This document shows positions 12,204-24,747 of a DNA stretch of 42,888 nucleotides, piece after piece. The stretch is from positions 78,622,060 through 78,664,947 of the forward strand of contig NC_068986.1 in NCBI RefSeq assembly GCF_001194135.2, given 5' to 3'. Origin of the DNA: Octopus bimaculoides (taxonomy: Eukaryota). The translations under genes were made by a program, and so were the position numbers. The notes beneath the pieces were generated by a model. The model was given only the letters and a program-made list of their open reading frames with translations, had not been told where the DNA came from and searched no databases. Positions within the stretch are counted from its first letter, which is position 1. Each line of letters begins with the position of its first letter.

Positions 12204-13499
12204 ACAGCAGAAGAAGGCATGGATCCAGTACGTTTGTTGCATGGAGGGAAATTAGCTTTCTTATTATCATGAAATGAATTTGTGTAAAGTAAGACGTTTG
12301 TCGCCACTGAAAGCTAATTACTCCCTCTTCTTGGCAGGGTGATTGAAACTTGATAGAAAAGGAAATGTCAGCAAAGCGAGTTATGAGTGAAAGAAAAGAA
12401 GAGCAAGAAAGACAAGATAGGAAATACAGACAGGAAATCATGTTCCGAAAAATATGATTTTCATATGTAACTTACTTTTAGTTATCTCTCAGAGTCTTGG
12501 AATGAAATAAAACTTACAAACCATATACTTATAAACATAGCTGTAACAGCAGACATGTATACATTAATGGGCTTTCGGATATTAAAGCTTGTAAGCATAA
12601 ATCATAGTGGTAGAGAACAAAGATACGTTGGAGAGAAACAGATCTTTATAAATTAATCCTCGTATTGCCTTTTGTGGTGATTTTACAATATATTTCCTAT
12701 AATGTATTAGCTATAGCCAATCCTATAATCTAAATAAACTTCGACTTCTCGATAACAGTCAAATTAATAATCTGCTTAGCTAATGTATCTATTACTACGG
12801 GAATTAGTCTTCATTGACAGTGAATCTGTAAAGAAATATTCAATTAATAGACATTCTATTTCAAATTTCCGTAACTACGTAAATTAAATGGTTATTTATA
12901 TTAACTTTGTATAGAATTAGCAGTTAATTTTCTCATATTTACACTGACTGTTAAATAAGTAACCAAATATACGATAAAATTAATTCTGTTATTAAGATTG
13001 ACAATATACACTGTCTATCAATTTAGTAGTGTACTGTTTATTTATGGAATATATTGAAACTATGAGGCTGGTATTTCACAATAAAATTGAAAATTTTACA
13101 CTGACTGTAGAGTTAAATGTATTTATCTTACTACATCAGCAGTGAAATTATTAATCTATATTGATTATTTAGCCAGTTGTCTGACAGTGAAAATTGATAA
13201 TTTAACTGTTAGATGTTTCTAGAAATTGCTTAAGCTATATTTTTAGATTAGCATTTTAAATTTATTGCTTTCTAGAAAAAGGAATATTTATTTTGCCTCT
13301 ACGCTAGTTCTTTTTTCTGAAGAGTGCGAAATTACTAAATCGACCATAACATTTTACTGATTATAACTTTTTCTACTACAGATCGAAACAAAAATTTTCT
13401 TACTATTTGAACGTAGAAATACCAATCCCTGTTGCTGTATTCTGTTACTTGTGTGTAAAGTCTTTGGGAAACTGATGGTTACACATCCCATCGATACAT

Positions 13500-13726
13500 T
13501 TCGAGCAATACCACCAAGACCCCCAAAGTAAACGAACTCCAGAATATATAATAATAATTTTGCAGCAAAAAAAAAAAAATAGCTAGCAACCTAAAAGAGA
13601 TAGACTCTTCAACGTTACGTCAGCTATACAATGAAGGATTATAAAGATAATTTTCTTGCCAATTCCAAATGTAGATTAATAAATCCAGCCAGAAATAAAG
13701 TAGTAACAGTTTATGCTGCATTTTAG
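13500..13726 (+). mobile_element. Penelope-like element reverse-transcriptase ORF remnant
   Basis: Frameshifted pieces SNTTKTPK / KIASNLK / SYTMKDYKDNFLANSKCRLINPARNKV match the recalled motif (ITKTYKK...)FITLKDHKENFxNNPKCRLINPAKSEIG of PLE-type RT ORFs from marine invertebrates. Confidence 0.6.
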
Positions 13727-15582
13727 ATTCCATTACTTTTACCATTTAAGAAGTATTTTAACAATATGGAACAATAATGTATCTGTTTTTAGTAACGCAG
13801 TTAATAAGGACCTTTATAAATCAAAGACCTTTATAAGAATTAAGTAATTAAATCGGGGGACAGACAAAACATTGCTGCAGACCAGATTTGGCACGAAGGC
13901 TGTACGTTTGCCACTAATAATATTTTTAATGCTCGAATATTTACCAGGGTAATTAACAGGTAAGTGCTTTGAGTTGATCGAAAGTTACCGTATTTCCTTT
14001 TTCTAATGATATATGTTTATTGAAGTATATTAATTTTGCTTTATTTTCTTTTTCTTTCTAATACTGATCTAGACTAGAATGATCAACTTAGTCCGTCGCT
14101 TAGTTCTGCACTACTACCACATGGTATTTGGTGCTTTAGCATTGCAAGCATTTGAGTAAGGTCTAAAGATTTAGGACAACTTCCTTCCTATACCTATAGA
14201 GATGAAAGCTTAACGAGATGAAGGGCGGCCCTGACAAAAAAAAAGTCATGAACTCTGTCTTAATATTTGTAGTACATTTAAAATATGTTGATGGGATATA
14301 TAGTTATCAGTTACTCTAAGATTTTTCCCACATACATAACGGAGTATCACAATATGGATCGGTGTTTCGACATTCAAATAGTGAGGAAAATTGTTATTGT
14401 TTAGATCTGTAGTGGGAAAAAAATATGATCAGTTAAATGTTATAGTTATCTAAACGGTTAAAAACAGAGGTTGGTAGAAACGTTAGAAGTCGTAACTAAA
14501 TCCTTGTAGTAAGTTAAAATCACGTAAGTTGACGTAGCCATTCATCTGTGCAATGATCGATAGATGAATAGTAGTAGTGATATCTTGAAGACAATTCTAT
14601 TGACCGTATGTGTTCACTATAAATGTTCGTTCCACTGGCATATTTAGAAACATATAACGTATTCTTCACCCACAGAACAAAAAAACTGTACTTCAGATTT
14701 ATAAAACACGGGAATTCTAACGTTCATTCTTTTCCCATGAGTCATAGCTATTTTTATGAAAGGAATTTGCTTGAACCAGAATTGAAATTGCGATGCGTTT
14801 TGATCTATCAGAGCATGAGCCTATCCTCTTTGGTACATTCCTGTATCAGTCAATATTAGATTATCTTGAAATAATATTTATTTATTGGCCAGCAAAATTG
14901 GATTTTATGATATTGGTAGCTAGCTGTTCATTGTATGGTATCGTTCTTTTAAAAGAACATGAGATTCGTCAGGGAATTTTACATGGAGTTCAAAAATATT
15001 AGCAAAAACGGCTCCTGAAATTTGACTCATAAGGTTCTACAAATCGCTCACTACAACATCTGGGTGGAGTTGGTGATAACAGCACAGCACCGCACAAACT
15101 ACTTAATTATTAAAATATTCCCTTTAATCAGTCTCACAAAATTACGAAGTTATGAGTTCAAACGTCATCGGGGGTACACAGATTTTATTCTTCGCCAGAA
15201 CCGCTGAGATCGAATTATTCATATCCCCATAAAATTGATTTTATACGTAAGGAAATTAAATATTGTTAATATCTGCGGAAAGAAACTGAGATATGAATAT
15301 AATTCTATTCAGTCGTGATCACAACCGAATATTTGATTCACGTTTGTCACAGGTACAATTCACTTTACTGTTATTGAAAAAGAGTTGAGGATCACAGCAA
15401 CTCCCCTCTTTAGCTAATGACACATATGTACCTTCTGAGTGTAAAACAAAAAATAAAGAAAAAAAACAAAAAAAATCTATGTAATTCAATTAATTTTACT
15501 ACATGTTACTCACGTCGATAAACACATAGAGAAAAAAGAGGCGCACACACACACACACACATATAAAAGAACACACACACAG

Positions 15583-15644
<62 letters not shown>

Positions 15645-16227
15645 CAAAGAATATATATACATGTATACACACATATATGTACATACTTACATCTACATGT
15701 GTATATACATGCATATCAGGGTACAGGACGTTAGAACAATAAACTACAGACAACGGAACGAACACATAGGAAAACGGAAAGCCCCTTGGAATATCCCTTC
15801 ATCAGCTGTCTCTATTCTATCTAGACGTTTCGAAGATATATATATGTGTGTGTGTTTGTGTTTGTGTACATATGTGTGCATGGAGCGAATGGACCTAGAC
15901 ACACTGACTTTATATAGATAATATTCCGCGGAGATTTTAAAAGCATCTCAAAATCCCGCTCTCAGAGATCTGGCAATATCTTGCTTCTTCTCTATCATAC
16001 TGTGCTTGCTTGTTTCGTGTTTACTCGACCGATACTATAGCATCCGTTTAATCTCCTCCTCCTCCCCCAACATATCTTTCGTTCTCCATGCCCAACATCT
16101 CATAAGTAAATGTATCTCCCTTTTACACACCCATACACTGACTCACATAATCACTCTATATCTTTCTGAACACTTACTTATACGTGTCTTTTCCTTTATC
16201 CATTTAAAATCTTTCTCTTCATTCCGT

Positions 16228-16275
<48 letters not shown>

Positions 16276-16524
16276 GAGAGTGACGTTGAATATTTCTAAT
16301 ATCTTCGGCAAGGGCGACAAGTCTAGACGTTAAACAAATTTCGTCAGCAGTACTACAACCATCGTCATTGCTTGCCAGCCAGATAATAGAAATATATGTA
16401 AATATGAACATTAAATTGTGTTAAGAAAATTTGATTAATTTATAGTTTACCTATAAAGATGCCCTGGTTATATTTAAAGCAATGTTTACACGCAAATATA
16501 CATTCGCACGCATACAAAAATACA

Positions 16525-16702
16525 TAGGTCAATCTGGGGCAGCACCTTGAAGGGTTTAGTCTAACAAATCGAAGCCAGTATTTATTATTTTAAGAGTGGG
16601 TACTATTCTATCGAACTGTTTTGCCGAACCACTATGTTACCGGGACGTAAACATCGATTGTCAAGCGATGGTGTGGGACAAACACACACTCCCGCCCGCA
16701 CA

Positions 16703-16749
<47 letters not shown>

Positions 16750-16889
16750 TCAGTCTGGTCTAACGAATCCCCTCACAGAGCTTTAGTTGGCTCGGGAATA
16801 TAGTAGAAAACACTTGCTCAATGTGCAGCACCGTAGTTAATGAATCCAAGACCACATGGTTGGGAAGCAAGCTTTTTACCTACACACTG
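16525..16889 (-). mobile_element. Colinear full-length SINE with CORE-like region and internal (TG)n
   Basis: Minus strand order is: tRNA-like head, CACATTGAGCAAGTGTTTTCTACTAT (CORE-like), CAGACTGAAAG, (TG)n, CATCGCTTGACAATCG...GGTTCGGCAAAA...GATAGAATAGTAC, then a tail ending GGTGCTGCCCCAG. Confidence 0.8.
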
Positions 16890-17157
16890 ATCTCTCTATA
16901 TACGTGAAATAGTGAGATTAATTATTTCCGGTGTTTCCTACTATCAGAAATAATTATTAGGTTAGGTTACCCTATTCCCAAACTCATTAAGAAAGGGAGG
17001 CAACTGTGGATGTACCTGTGTTATTAGCCTTCCACCATTATTTCTCGTCGTTTTTCTTTCAAAATCAGCAAATTGAATGGTTTCACTTTTGAATATTCCA
17101 GTTGTTCGATCAACAGAATTGCCTACCCATTGAAACATAATTAGTGTATTTATTAGC

Positions 17158-17213
17158 GTATAAGTCTCACTATACTCTATTTTAACTGAAAACACTGGAG
17201 TGCGGCTTATACA
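17158..17213. repeat. Short hairpin with 14-bp arms, reminiscent of pogo/Tigger-like MITE subterminal motifs
   Basis: GTATAAGTCTCACT (17158-17171) matches the reverse complement of AGTGCGGCTTATAC (17200-17213) at 12/14 positions. Confidence 0.35.
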
Positions 17214-17749
17214 AGAGGCAAAATTAAAATTATGAAGGGAAAAATTTTGTACGAAGATTTGACACTAAATAACGGGAGCAACATATACACGTGTAAATGC
17301 GGTAAGTGGGTGAGTATTCCACAGATATTCATACTTTTAATGTAATACATAAGTAGAAGTAACATGATACATTGTATGCTAATGCAGGGCGTTTGACTTA
17401 CAGACACAGTCCATCTGACAGATATCTACACAGTTTTCCGGTTCCTATATGTGGGTGGACCTATGTAACAGTATATGACACAACGTGTCGCACAAAAGAA
17501 TCTAATCCACAATTTCAAGATGGTGAAGAGAGCAGTTTAACCGTTTGGCCCAACTTGCACTCTGTTAGTCAATGCTACTAACTGAAAGCGAGACTGCACA
17601 AACACACTTATGCGTATATGCTGAAGCTCATATACATACTCATACATTCACACACACAAACAAGTCTCCTGTCTAAAATAACAAGTTTCCTTAGGGACTC
17701 TCTGACACCTTGTACACAATGTGGCGTAAGGAGTTTACTTTATACAAAC

Positions 17750-18430
17750 TTATCGTCGACATTACTAAAGTCCCATCTGCTCAAGTACTTTATTTGAATC
17801 ACATCGGCTCAATAAGTTGATATGCTGCACATACGCCCAGTTATTTAACTGATTACACGTCTCGTCAGCTATTTTATGTGATGCATATTTCTGTTCAGCT
17901 ATGTTATTTGATGTATATACGCTCAGTAACCTAACATAAAGCACATCAGATGCTTAATCACTGTATTTAGATCATGTCTGTTCAAGAACATTATTGATCC
18001 ACAACTGCCCAATACTTAATTTGAATCATATCTGTTCTGGCTAGATACTTGAGTCATATCTGTTCTGGCCAGATATTTCATTGAATGCGCGTTTACAAAA
18101 CTACGTTATTGGATACATATCTCACCAGACACATCATTTAATGCAAGTCTTTTCAGTTACTTTATTTGCCACGTATACTCTGTTACTTATTTTATACACA
18201 TCTTTCAAGCACTTTATTTTGTCGAATCAGGTTAAACGTTTTAATTGACATACATCTGTCGAACAATATTAGCTTATACATATATGCAGAATTATGTTTT
18301 TGTTTTTAGTTTGCGTTTTGATGGACATCAACTGAAGAACGTATTTTTGACACGTATCTTATTTGATAGACATCTTGCTAAACGCTGTTATTTGACACAA
18401 GTTTATATTTGATACACTTGACATAAGCAA
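17750..18430. repeat. Cryptic, highly degenerate tandem array with a ~28-bp unit
   Basis: Successive 26-31 bp units fit the approximate consensus TACNTTATTTGATGCACATCTGCTCAA, for example TACTTTATTTGAATCACATCGGCTCAA, CTATGTTATTTGATGTATATACGCTCAG and TACTTAATTTGAATCATATCTGTTCTGG. Confidence 0.7.
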
Positions 18431-19599
18431 ACTAAAATCATTTTTTTAAAAATTCAGCTTTGTATTTCAAATATGAAAGGATATTAGAATCAACATGACT
18501 TGCCTGTCGTTGAATTTAACTTATGATTTCAAGAAACGTTTTCACTGATATCTCTGTAGTAATTAGTGTCGCAAATATTTGGGCCACCTTTATATTTCCA
18601 GAAATATCTACAGAGATGTTTGCTAAAGCTATCTCGCAATGTCAGATATTTAATTCATAGTGAATGAAAATTAGTTTGTGATAGATCGCGAAGATGAAAT
18701 CTTCAATAATAAAAGAATCTTGAAAACTATATTTTGATGAAATTATATTAAAACTGGAATTTATAAGAATTTTGTAGATAGTAAGAACTTCAATAATTGC
18801 TTTCTCTTAGTAAAAATAGCTAGATTATTTAACACGCATCTGCTTAACCACGATTTTTAGCACACATTTGTTCAACTACTGCAGTTGATGCATATCGTGT
18901 CATTCTTCTTCTTTATTTAAATCATTTCTCAAGTATCTTAAATACTCATCACTAGTTTAACATTTTAACATGGCGTATTTCTGTAAGAGAGAAACTTTTC
19001 CAATATATGTTTTTGAGTAGACATAACCAAAGGGATATGCTATTGGGCAAAATTTAAAACGCATAACTCAAATTAGTTGCTAAACCAGTAGTTCTAGACT
19101 GCACACATTATTCTGTTTGCTTTTATTTTCTGACCTGTGCAGAATATGATTTAGCTAAGAAATGAAGCAGTTATCATGACGTTCGTAGGTACTCCGAAAC
19201 TTGTGTCAGAATGATGTTTTAATCAAAGGATGCATGGCTGTATTATACTTAATGTTACAGAAACTTCATTTAAATGCCCAATAGGTGACTGAGGCTTCAA
19301 AATAGATCCCTTGGATACAAATTACTGAAGATGATGACGAAAATGTGTCACTTTGTATCTCTCTTTTCTTCTCTCTTCTTCTTCCTTGCATATCCTAACA
19401 AATACACTCACACGCCCATTATTTATCTATCCGATTTTCTGTCTAACGTACCTACAGCAGTTGTTTTCATTAGAAAATGTAGCATATTTTCTCTCCTCAC
19501 GTCCATCTAATATATTTCAATTTTTAACGGAATTGGCAAGTACCTAGGCAAGCGACCTCTAATCTAACGTATTGGATAATGTAGTCCTCAATAGACTAT

Positions 19600-19680
19600 T
19601 CACAAAAGAAAGACAGGATGGTAATGGCTGGAAAATCTGTGATCATAAATCTGCTCGATCAAAGCCGAGTTAATGCTAAA
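19600..19680 (-). repeat. Old dispersed repeat, copy B
   Basis: GTTTAGC...TTTGATCGAGCAGATTTATGATCACAGATTTTCCAGCCATTACCATCCTGTC, homologous to copies A and C. Confidence 0.6.
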
Positions 19681-20114
19681 CCAATAACAGCAAGGAAGAA
19701 CACATTGGAAAATATAGTCATAATATCTGAGTGAAAGATAGGACGATCTCAACTGAAATGCTTGTGATTATAAATCTTCTTCATTAGAATAGACTTGGGG
19801 TTAAATGACAACAACCACCACTGCTTAACTTAGGGAATTCCAGTAATTATATTTGAATCTCGTTTCTTTATCTCTTTCTCACTTCAATTTTCCTTCTTCC
19901 GTTACTTTTATTCATTACTATCACACAGTCATCTGGTTTTTCTCTCCACTACTGTACTAAGATAACATTTTCCAAAATATATTTTCATCTCACTGTCAGT
20001 AAGTTCATAGTAGTTAATTAACTGTGTTAGTACGTTTCCATTTCTCGTATAATTATCTGAAAGGAAAAAAATTATTCAACTGCCGTTATTCTTTCGCGTA
20101 AGACTTAAATGTAC

Positions 20115-20156
<42 letters not shown>

Positions 20157-20166
20157 NNNNNNNNNN

Positions 20167-20197
<31 letters not shown>

Positions 20198-20299
20198 GAT
20201 AGATACTGAAAGACTCCAACATCGAAATCATAAATGCCAGTTATTGACTGAGTATTGTTATTATTGTTGTTGCTGGTGGTAATGCTGGGGTTCCAATTG

Positions 20300-20378
20300 T
20301 TTAGCCCCAAGTAAACTTCAATTGGAGCAAATCATTGATCAATGGCATTCCAGCTGTGACCATCCCGTATTTTTCCAA
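20300..20378 (+). repeat. Old dispersed repeat, copy C
   Basis: TTGTTTAGCCCCAAGTAAAC...GAGCAAATCATTGATCAATGGCATTCCAGCTGTGACCATCCCGTA. A fourth partial copy is at about 32795-32835. Confidence 0.6.
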
Positions 20379-21024
20379 ATTGTTTGAAACTCACCTTCAC
20401 ATTATTCAACGACTATTTTTCTAAGCCGATAGAGAGGTGTTTAAAGGATTTTAGCCGCTATTACTAGCAGATACAATTACCTCATGAAGGCTGTCTCGTT
20501 CGTTCGGTTATTGACTTGTTTTTGTGCGCAACTTAAGTAAAATTCCAACAGGGCAGCATACCGCCACAATGGCAGATCAATCTGATAAAATTGAATCAGA
20601 ACCTCAGGCATTGAATCTAATATAAAATTTTAGCAATAACAACAGCTATATCTTTAAATGATCCACAGTTTGTTGATTGGCATGCTTGAAACTATAACAC
20701 TGTTACTAACTTGTGAGGTAGGCATCAAACTTTTGGTTGCAGCTTACTCTTTTCACTACGATATTTAACCCTTCCCAAGCAGATAACGAGATATCTGTAA
20801 ATTTAATCTTTCAGTACTTTCTCCTTTGACATAATCACCATGAAGATATGGATATATTTTTTATCTCAGATATGTACATAAGCAAAACTTTTCATCAAAC
20901 GTTTTAAGAAAGACAAATAATAATAAAAATATAATGTATTAAATAAAAATGAATAATTAAACGAACATAACACGCAAAGACATTTGATTCAATCACTGTT
21001 CAATTAATTTTCATTCATAATCAT

Positions 21025-21113
<89 letters not shown>

Positions 21114-22116
21114 CGCCTGTATTCCATGTATTTTTTGTTCTCGGTCCAATATTCACCGTAACTTTATACATACATACATACATATGGAAGTAAAATGAGA
21201 TAATAAAGTTTGGGATGCAGTTCAAAGTAGCCTAATACTTAAGTTACGAATGAAAATAAAATTAATTTTACAAGGTGACTCTATGTTAATTACTCTAATA
21301 AGGAAAACAATAACTTGTTCTTGGGACAACCAGTTATATCGATCACTGTGATGTCTCTAACATATTTTGCCGACAGTATGATTAAATTGTGTGTTAGAAT
21401 TGGTGCAAAAATGTCAGTCGTTATTCTTTTCTCCTTTTGACTTCTTTTCTTTCATCTTATTTATTTATATACTTATTTCTTTCCCCCCTCTCTCTCCTAC
21501 TCTCTTTCTTTATTCTTTGTTTGTTCTTTTTCTTTTTGTGTGTCGCTTAGATGAAGAAATTATCTACAAGTAGTAACAATGGTAAACACTACTGAACCGA
21601 AAGTGATCAATTTTCACATCTGACTAAAAATTCGATCGAAATTGCTTCGCAGACAGTGAAAACTCGTGTTGGAGCAAACGGTTACGTGCACTAGGAATTG
21701 GAACTAATGCCATTATTAGTTTGGATAGTATAATTAGTTATCGATTAGTTATTTACCGACTCGATTCTCGATAAAGCGGAAGCGGTCGCCGTTAGAATTT
21801 TCTTTTTCTGGAGCCTTATTCTTAATCGAATTCCACCGACTGCGTTGGTTCAATCTTTGTCAAATCCTATCGCATGTAATATGTTTTGGATAATTCATTT
21901 CACAAGGAAATTATTACAACAGCTTAATGTTTCATTTTTCTATCTTACTTTGTAAAGAATAGGACACGTATTGATGTTAGGTTTCCGAAATGAAGAAGCA
22001 GAAAAGCTATCTAGTTTATTGATCATCAACCTAATCTATGATGCTGCCTAATCTGGAAAAAAACAACAAAACAACAAAAGGCAGGAAAAGACAAACAAAA
22101 GAACGTGTATATATGC

Positions 22117-22183
<67 letters not shown>

Positions 22184-22359
22184 CACGCATATACACATAT
22201 TAGTCATGGGGATGTATGTACAGCAATTTACTTGTGCTTATGCTTAACCTTCCTGTAGCTGTATCAACATCATCAAGCTACCCCTTTCCCCTGTGTCTAA
22301 GAAGGTCTGCCAGGATTTTCGATATAAATTTTTCCTTCGGATTGAATACGAATAATAAA

Positions 22360-22419
<60 letters not shown>

Positions 22420-22734
22420 GTCTGAAAAAGAAATTTAGAACTTAAGCCTGTATTTAGAGCAGTCTGTCTAAAATAGGTTGAAATTTTCTATGTACTTAAC
22501 CAAACTTCAACAATTACAAAACCTCTACCTGCTGCCCCATCATAGTTATTCTATTCATGATATTGGATATCCTTTCTTTCACATCGCTTTTGTTATTAGC
22601 CAACCGCTTATAAAAGCTCAAGCATTAGAAAACTCATATTATTCAAGATTTAATATGATGCATTCAAAAACAATCTGAGATCTATTTTGCATGCACACGC
22701 GCCTGCATGTATGTATGTGTATGCATGCATATAT

Positions 22735-22945
22735 CATTATTCAGTTTTATTTCACGATTTCTTGCCAATAGAGAAAGAGTCGGTTTCTAACCTCGATCCA
22801 AGATTCCTTCATTGGAATTTCACCATCAACAGGGTAATTTTTGTATGCCATTGTTCAGTTTTATTTCAAGATTTCTTGCCAATAGAGAAAGAGTAGGTTT
22901 GTTACCTAGATCCAAGGGTCCTTCGTTGGAATTTCAACATCAACA
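22735..22945 (+). repeat. Head-to-tail duplication (114-bp period) of a dispersed repeat unit
   Basis: TCAGTTTTATTTCA(C/A)GATTTCTTGCCAATAGAGAAAGAGT occurs at 22741 and 22855. A diverged single copy is at about 30660-30752. Confidence 0.9.
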
Positions 22946-22964
22946 ACAGTGATCTAGTTTATTG

Positions 22965-23810
22965 ATCAACTTTCCAGGAAGTCACACCCACGGAACTTTC
23001 CAGGACTCATCGGAACTTTTCAGGAACTCATCGGAACTTTCCAGGAACTCATCAGAACTTTCCAGGAACTCATCGGAACTTCCCAGGAAGTGGCTCATCA
23101 NNNNNNNNNNNNNNNNNNNNNNNNNNNNNNNNNNNNNNNNNNNNNNNNNNNNNNNNNNNNNNNNNNNNNNNNNNNNNNNNNNNNNNNNNNNNNNNNNNNN
23201 NNNNNNNNNNNNNNNNNNNNNNNNNNNNNNNNNNNNNNNNNNNNNNNNNNNNNNNNNNNNNNNNNNNNNNNNNNNNNNNNNNNNNNNNNNNNNNNNNNNN
23301 NNNNNNNNNNNNNNNNNNNNNNNNNNNNNNNNNNNNNNNNNNNNNNNNNNNNNNNNNNNNNNNNNNNNNNNNNNNNNNNNNNNNNNNNNNNNNNNNNNNN
23401 NNNNNNNNNNNNNNNNNNNNNNNNNNNNNNNNNNNNNNNNNNNNNNNNNNCCTCGGAACTTCACAGGAAGTAATTTCTTCCCTCCTCCACTTATTTAGAA
23501 CTTTCCAGTAAGTAATTCTCCCTCATCGGAACTTCCCATTTAGTAATTCGGCCCCTCCACGGAACTTTCCAGGAAGTAATTTTTCCATCCTCGGAACTTT
23601 CCAGGAAATAATTCCTCCTCTTTCTCGGAACTTTCCAGGAAATAATACCTCCCCTCCTCGGAACTATCCATGAAGTAATTTCTCCCCTTCCTCCCTTTCC
23701 TCCCTCCTCGGAACTTTCGAGGAAGTGATTCTTCCCACTTCTCGGAACTTTGCAGCTAGTAATTCCTCCCCTTCCTCCCCCTCTTAGGAACTTTCCATAG
23801 CAGCCAATTC
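22965..23810 (+). repeat. Minisatellite with core CGGAACTTTCCAGGAA: 21-bp units left of the gap, ~31-50-bp units right of it
   Basis: Cores start at 22991, 23011, 23032, 23053 and 23074, with a partial core at 22968. Ten further cores lie at 23453-23800, and a 350-N gap falls inside the array. Confidence 0.9.
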
Positions 23811-23884
23811 TCCCTCAAAGCACCCTACCAATGCGACCCTATTAATGCGACAATTCTGCATATTATGTAGTTTGAATTACAAAC

Positions 23885-24427
23885 TGTAAGGTGTGTGAAC
23901 TGGTTGTGTTAATGGTAGAAGAGAGTGGAATTGCATTAAAAGTTTTAAACGATCTTCTCGGTAAGTATGGGGGCTATAAAAAAATAGAAGAGGCATTAAG
24001 AAGTTGATGTTAAGAATTGCTTTAACAGAAAATGAAGCTGTAAGAATTAACGGGGAAATTGTATGTAAGAATTAATAGTAGACGCATCCAACTTAAGAAA
24101 AGTGAAGATAAATGATAAGTGAAGAAGTATGGAACAAGTAATTGTTATACGCTTATAGAAAAACAATTTATATCATAGAATAGATACATGCCTGTTGAAG
24201 ACGAAAATGTATGTGAGAACTATTGTATTGGACGTGTGTATAATCATAGAGAAAGTGAAAGACATGAAATGGACGTGTGTGTGTTTTTTGCGGCTAATTT
24301 GGCGGGAGTTTTGCAGTCAGCAGGAGGTGGTTTGTGTTTTATCTCGCGATCAATGACCGAACAAGTGAAAATACTTTTTAATATGTGTTTTGGGGAAAGG
24401 GGATCCTTTGAAGTGGACCTCAAATGA
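23885..24427 (+). pseudogene. Decayed ORF-like segment of unknown origin
   Basis: Protein-like pieces MVEESGIALKVLNDLLGKYGGYKKIEEALRS* / LMLRIALTENEAVRINGEIVCKN* / MDVCVFFAANLAGVLQSAGGGLCFISRSMTEQVKILFNMCFG. The first piece has a codon-aligned paralogue at 24816-24875. Confidence 0.35.
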
Positions 24428-24673
24428 AAAGAGACATGGATAGTTTTATGACTGAGATTCTTTTCAAGTTGGCGTGAGACAGAAGAATTGATATGCATGC
24501 GTATGTCCATGTGTGTGTGCGTGTGTGTGTGTATGTTTGATGGAGTGTGCGAGATAGAGAGAGCAATGTTGATGGTGTGTGTATATGAGAGAGAGAGAAA
24601 GAGGGAGAGATAACTGAAATTTTTATTCAGTTTTTGTAGTGAGTGTATGAGTGAGTGATTGACAGAGAAAAAA

Positions 24674-24747
<74 letters not shown>

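Noticed and set aside
13950-13970. Consensus splice donors: CAG|GTAAGT here, also 20391 (-), 32886 (-), 32636 (+) and 23961 (+)
   Set aside because: I found no convincing open exon with a matching acceptor upstream, and such 9-mers are expected by chance in 43 kb.
16962-17195. 77-aa minus ORF that looks like a possible exon
   Set aside because: It has no pyrimidine tract and no recognisable homology, and it overlaps a MITE-like hairpin.
10590-19680. Apparent paralogous exons LVQQIYDKRHSNH (10590-10650) and LIEQIYDHRFSSH (19600-19665)
   Set aside because: A third and fourth copy without that frame (20300, 32795) show it is a dispersed repeat, and copy A has an in-frame TAA right after its acceptor.
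20783-20800. TTAACCCTT piggyBac-like terminus, with similar motifs near 220 and 22243
   Set aside because: No matching inverted end or transposase remnant was found.
22962-23100. 7-aa peptide repeat RNSSELS
   Set aside because: It is simply the translation of the 21-bp minisatellite; one unit is 20 bp and the later units are not multiples of 3.
22965-23810. CRISPR-like repeat-spacer appearance
   Set aside because: The spacers are short, related and low in complexity, the context is eukaryotic, and there are no cas genes.
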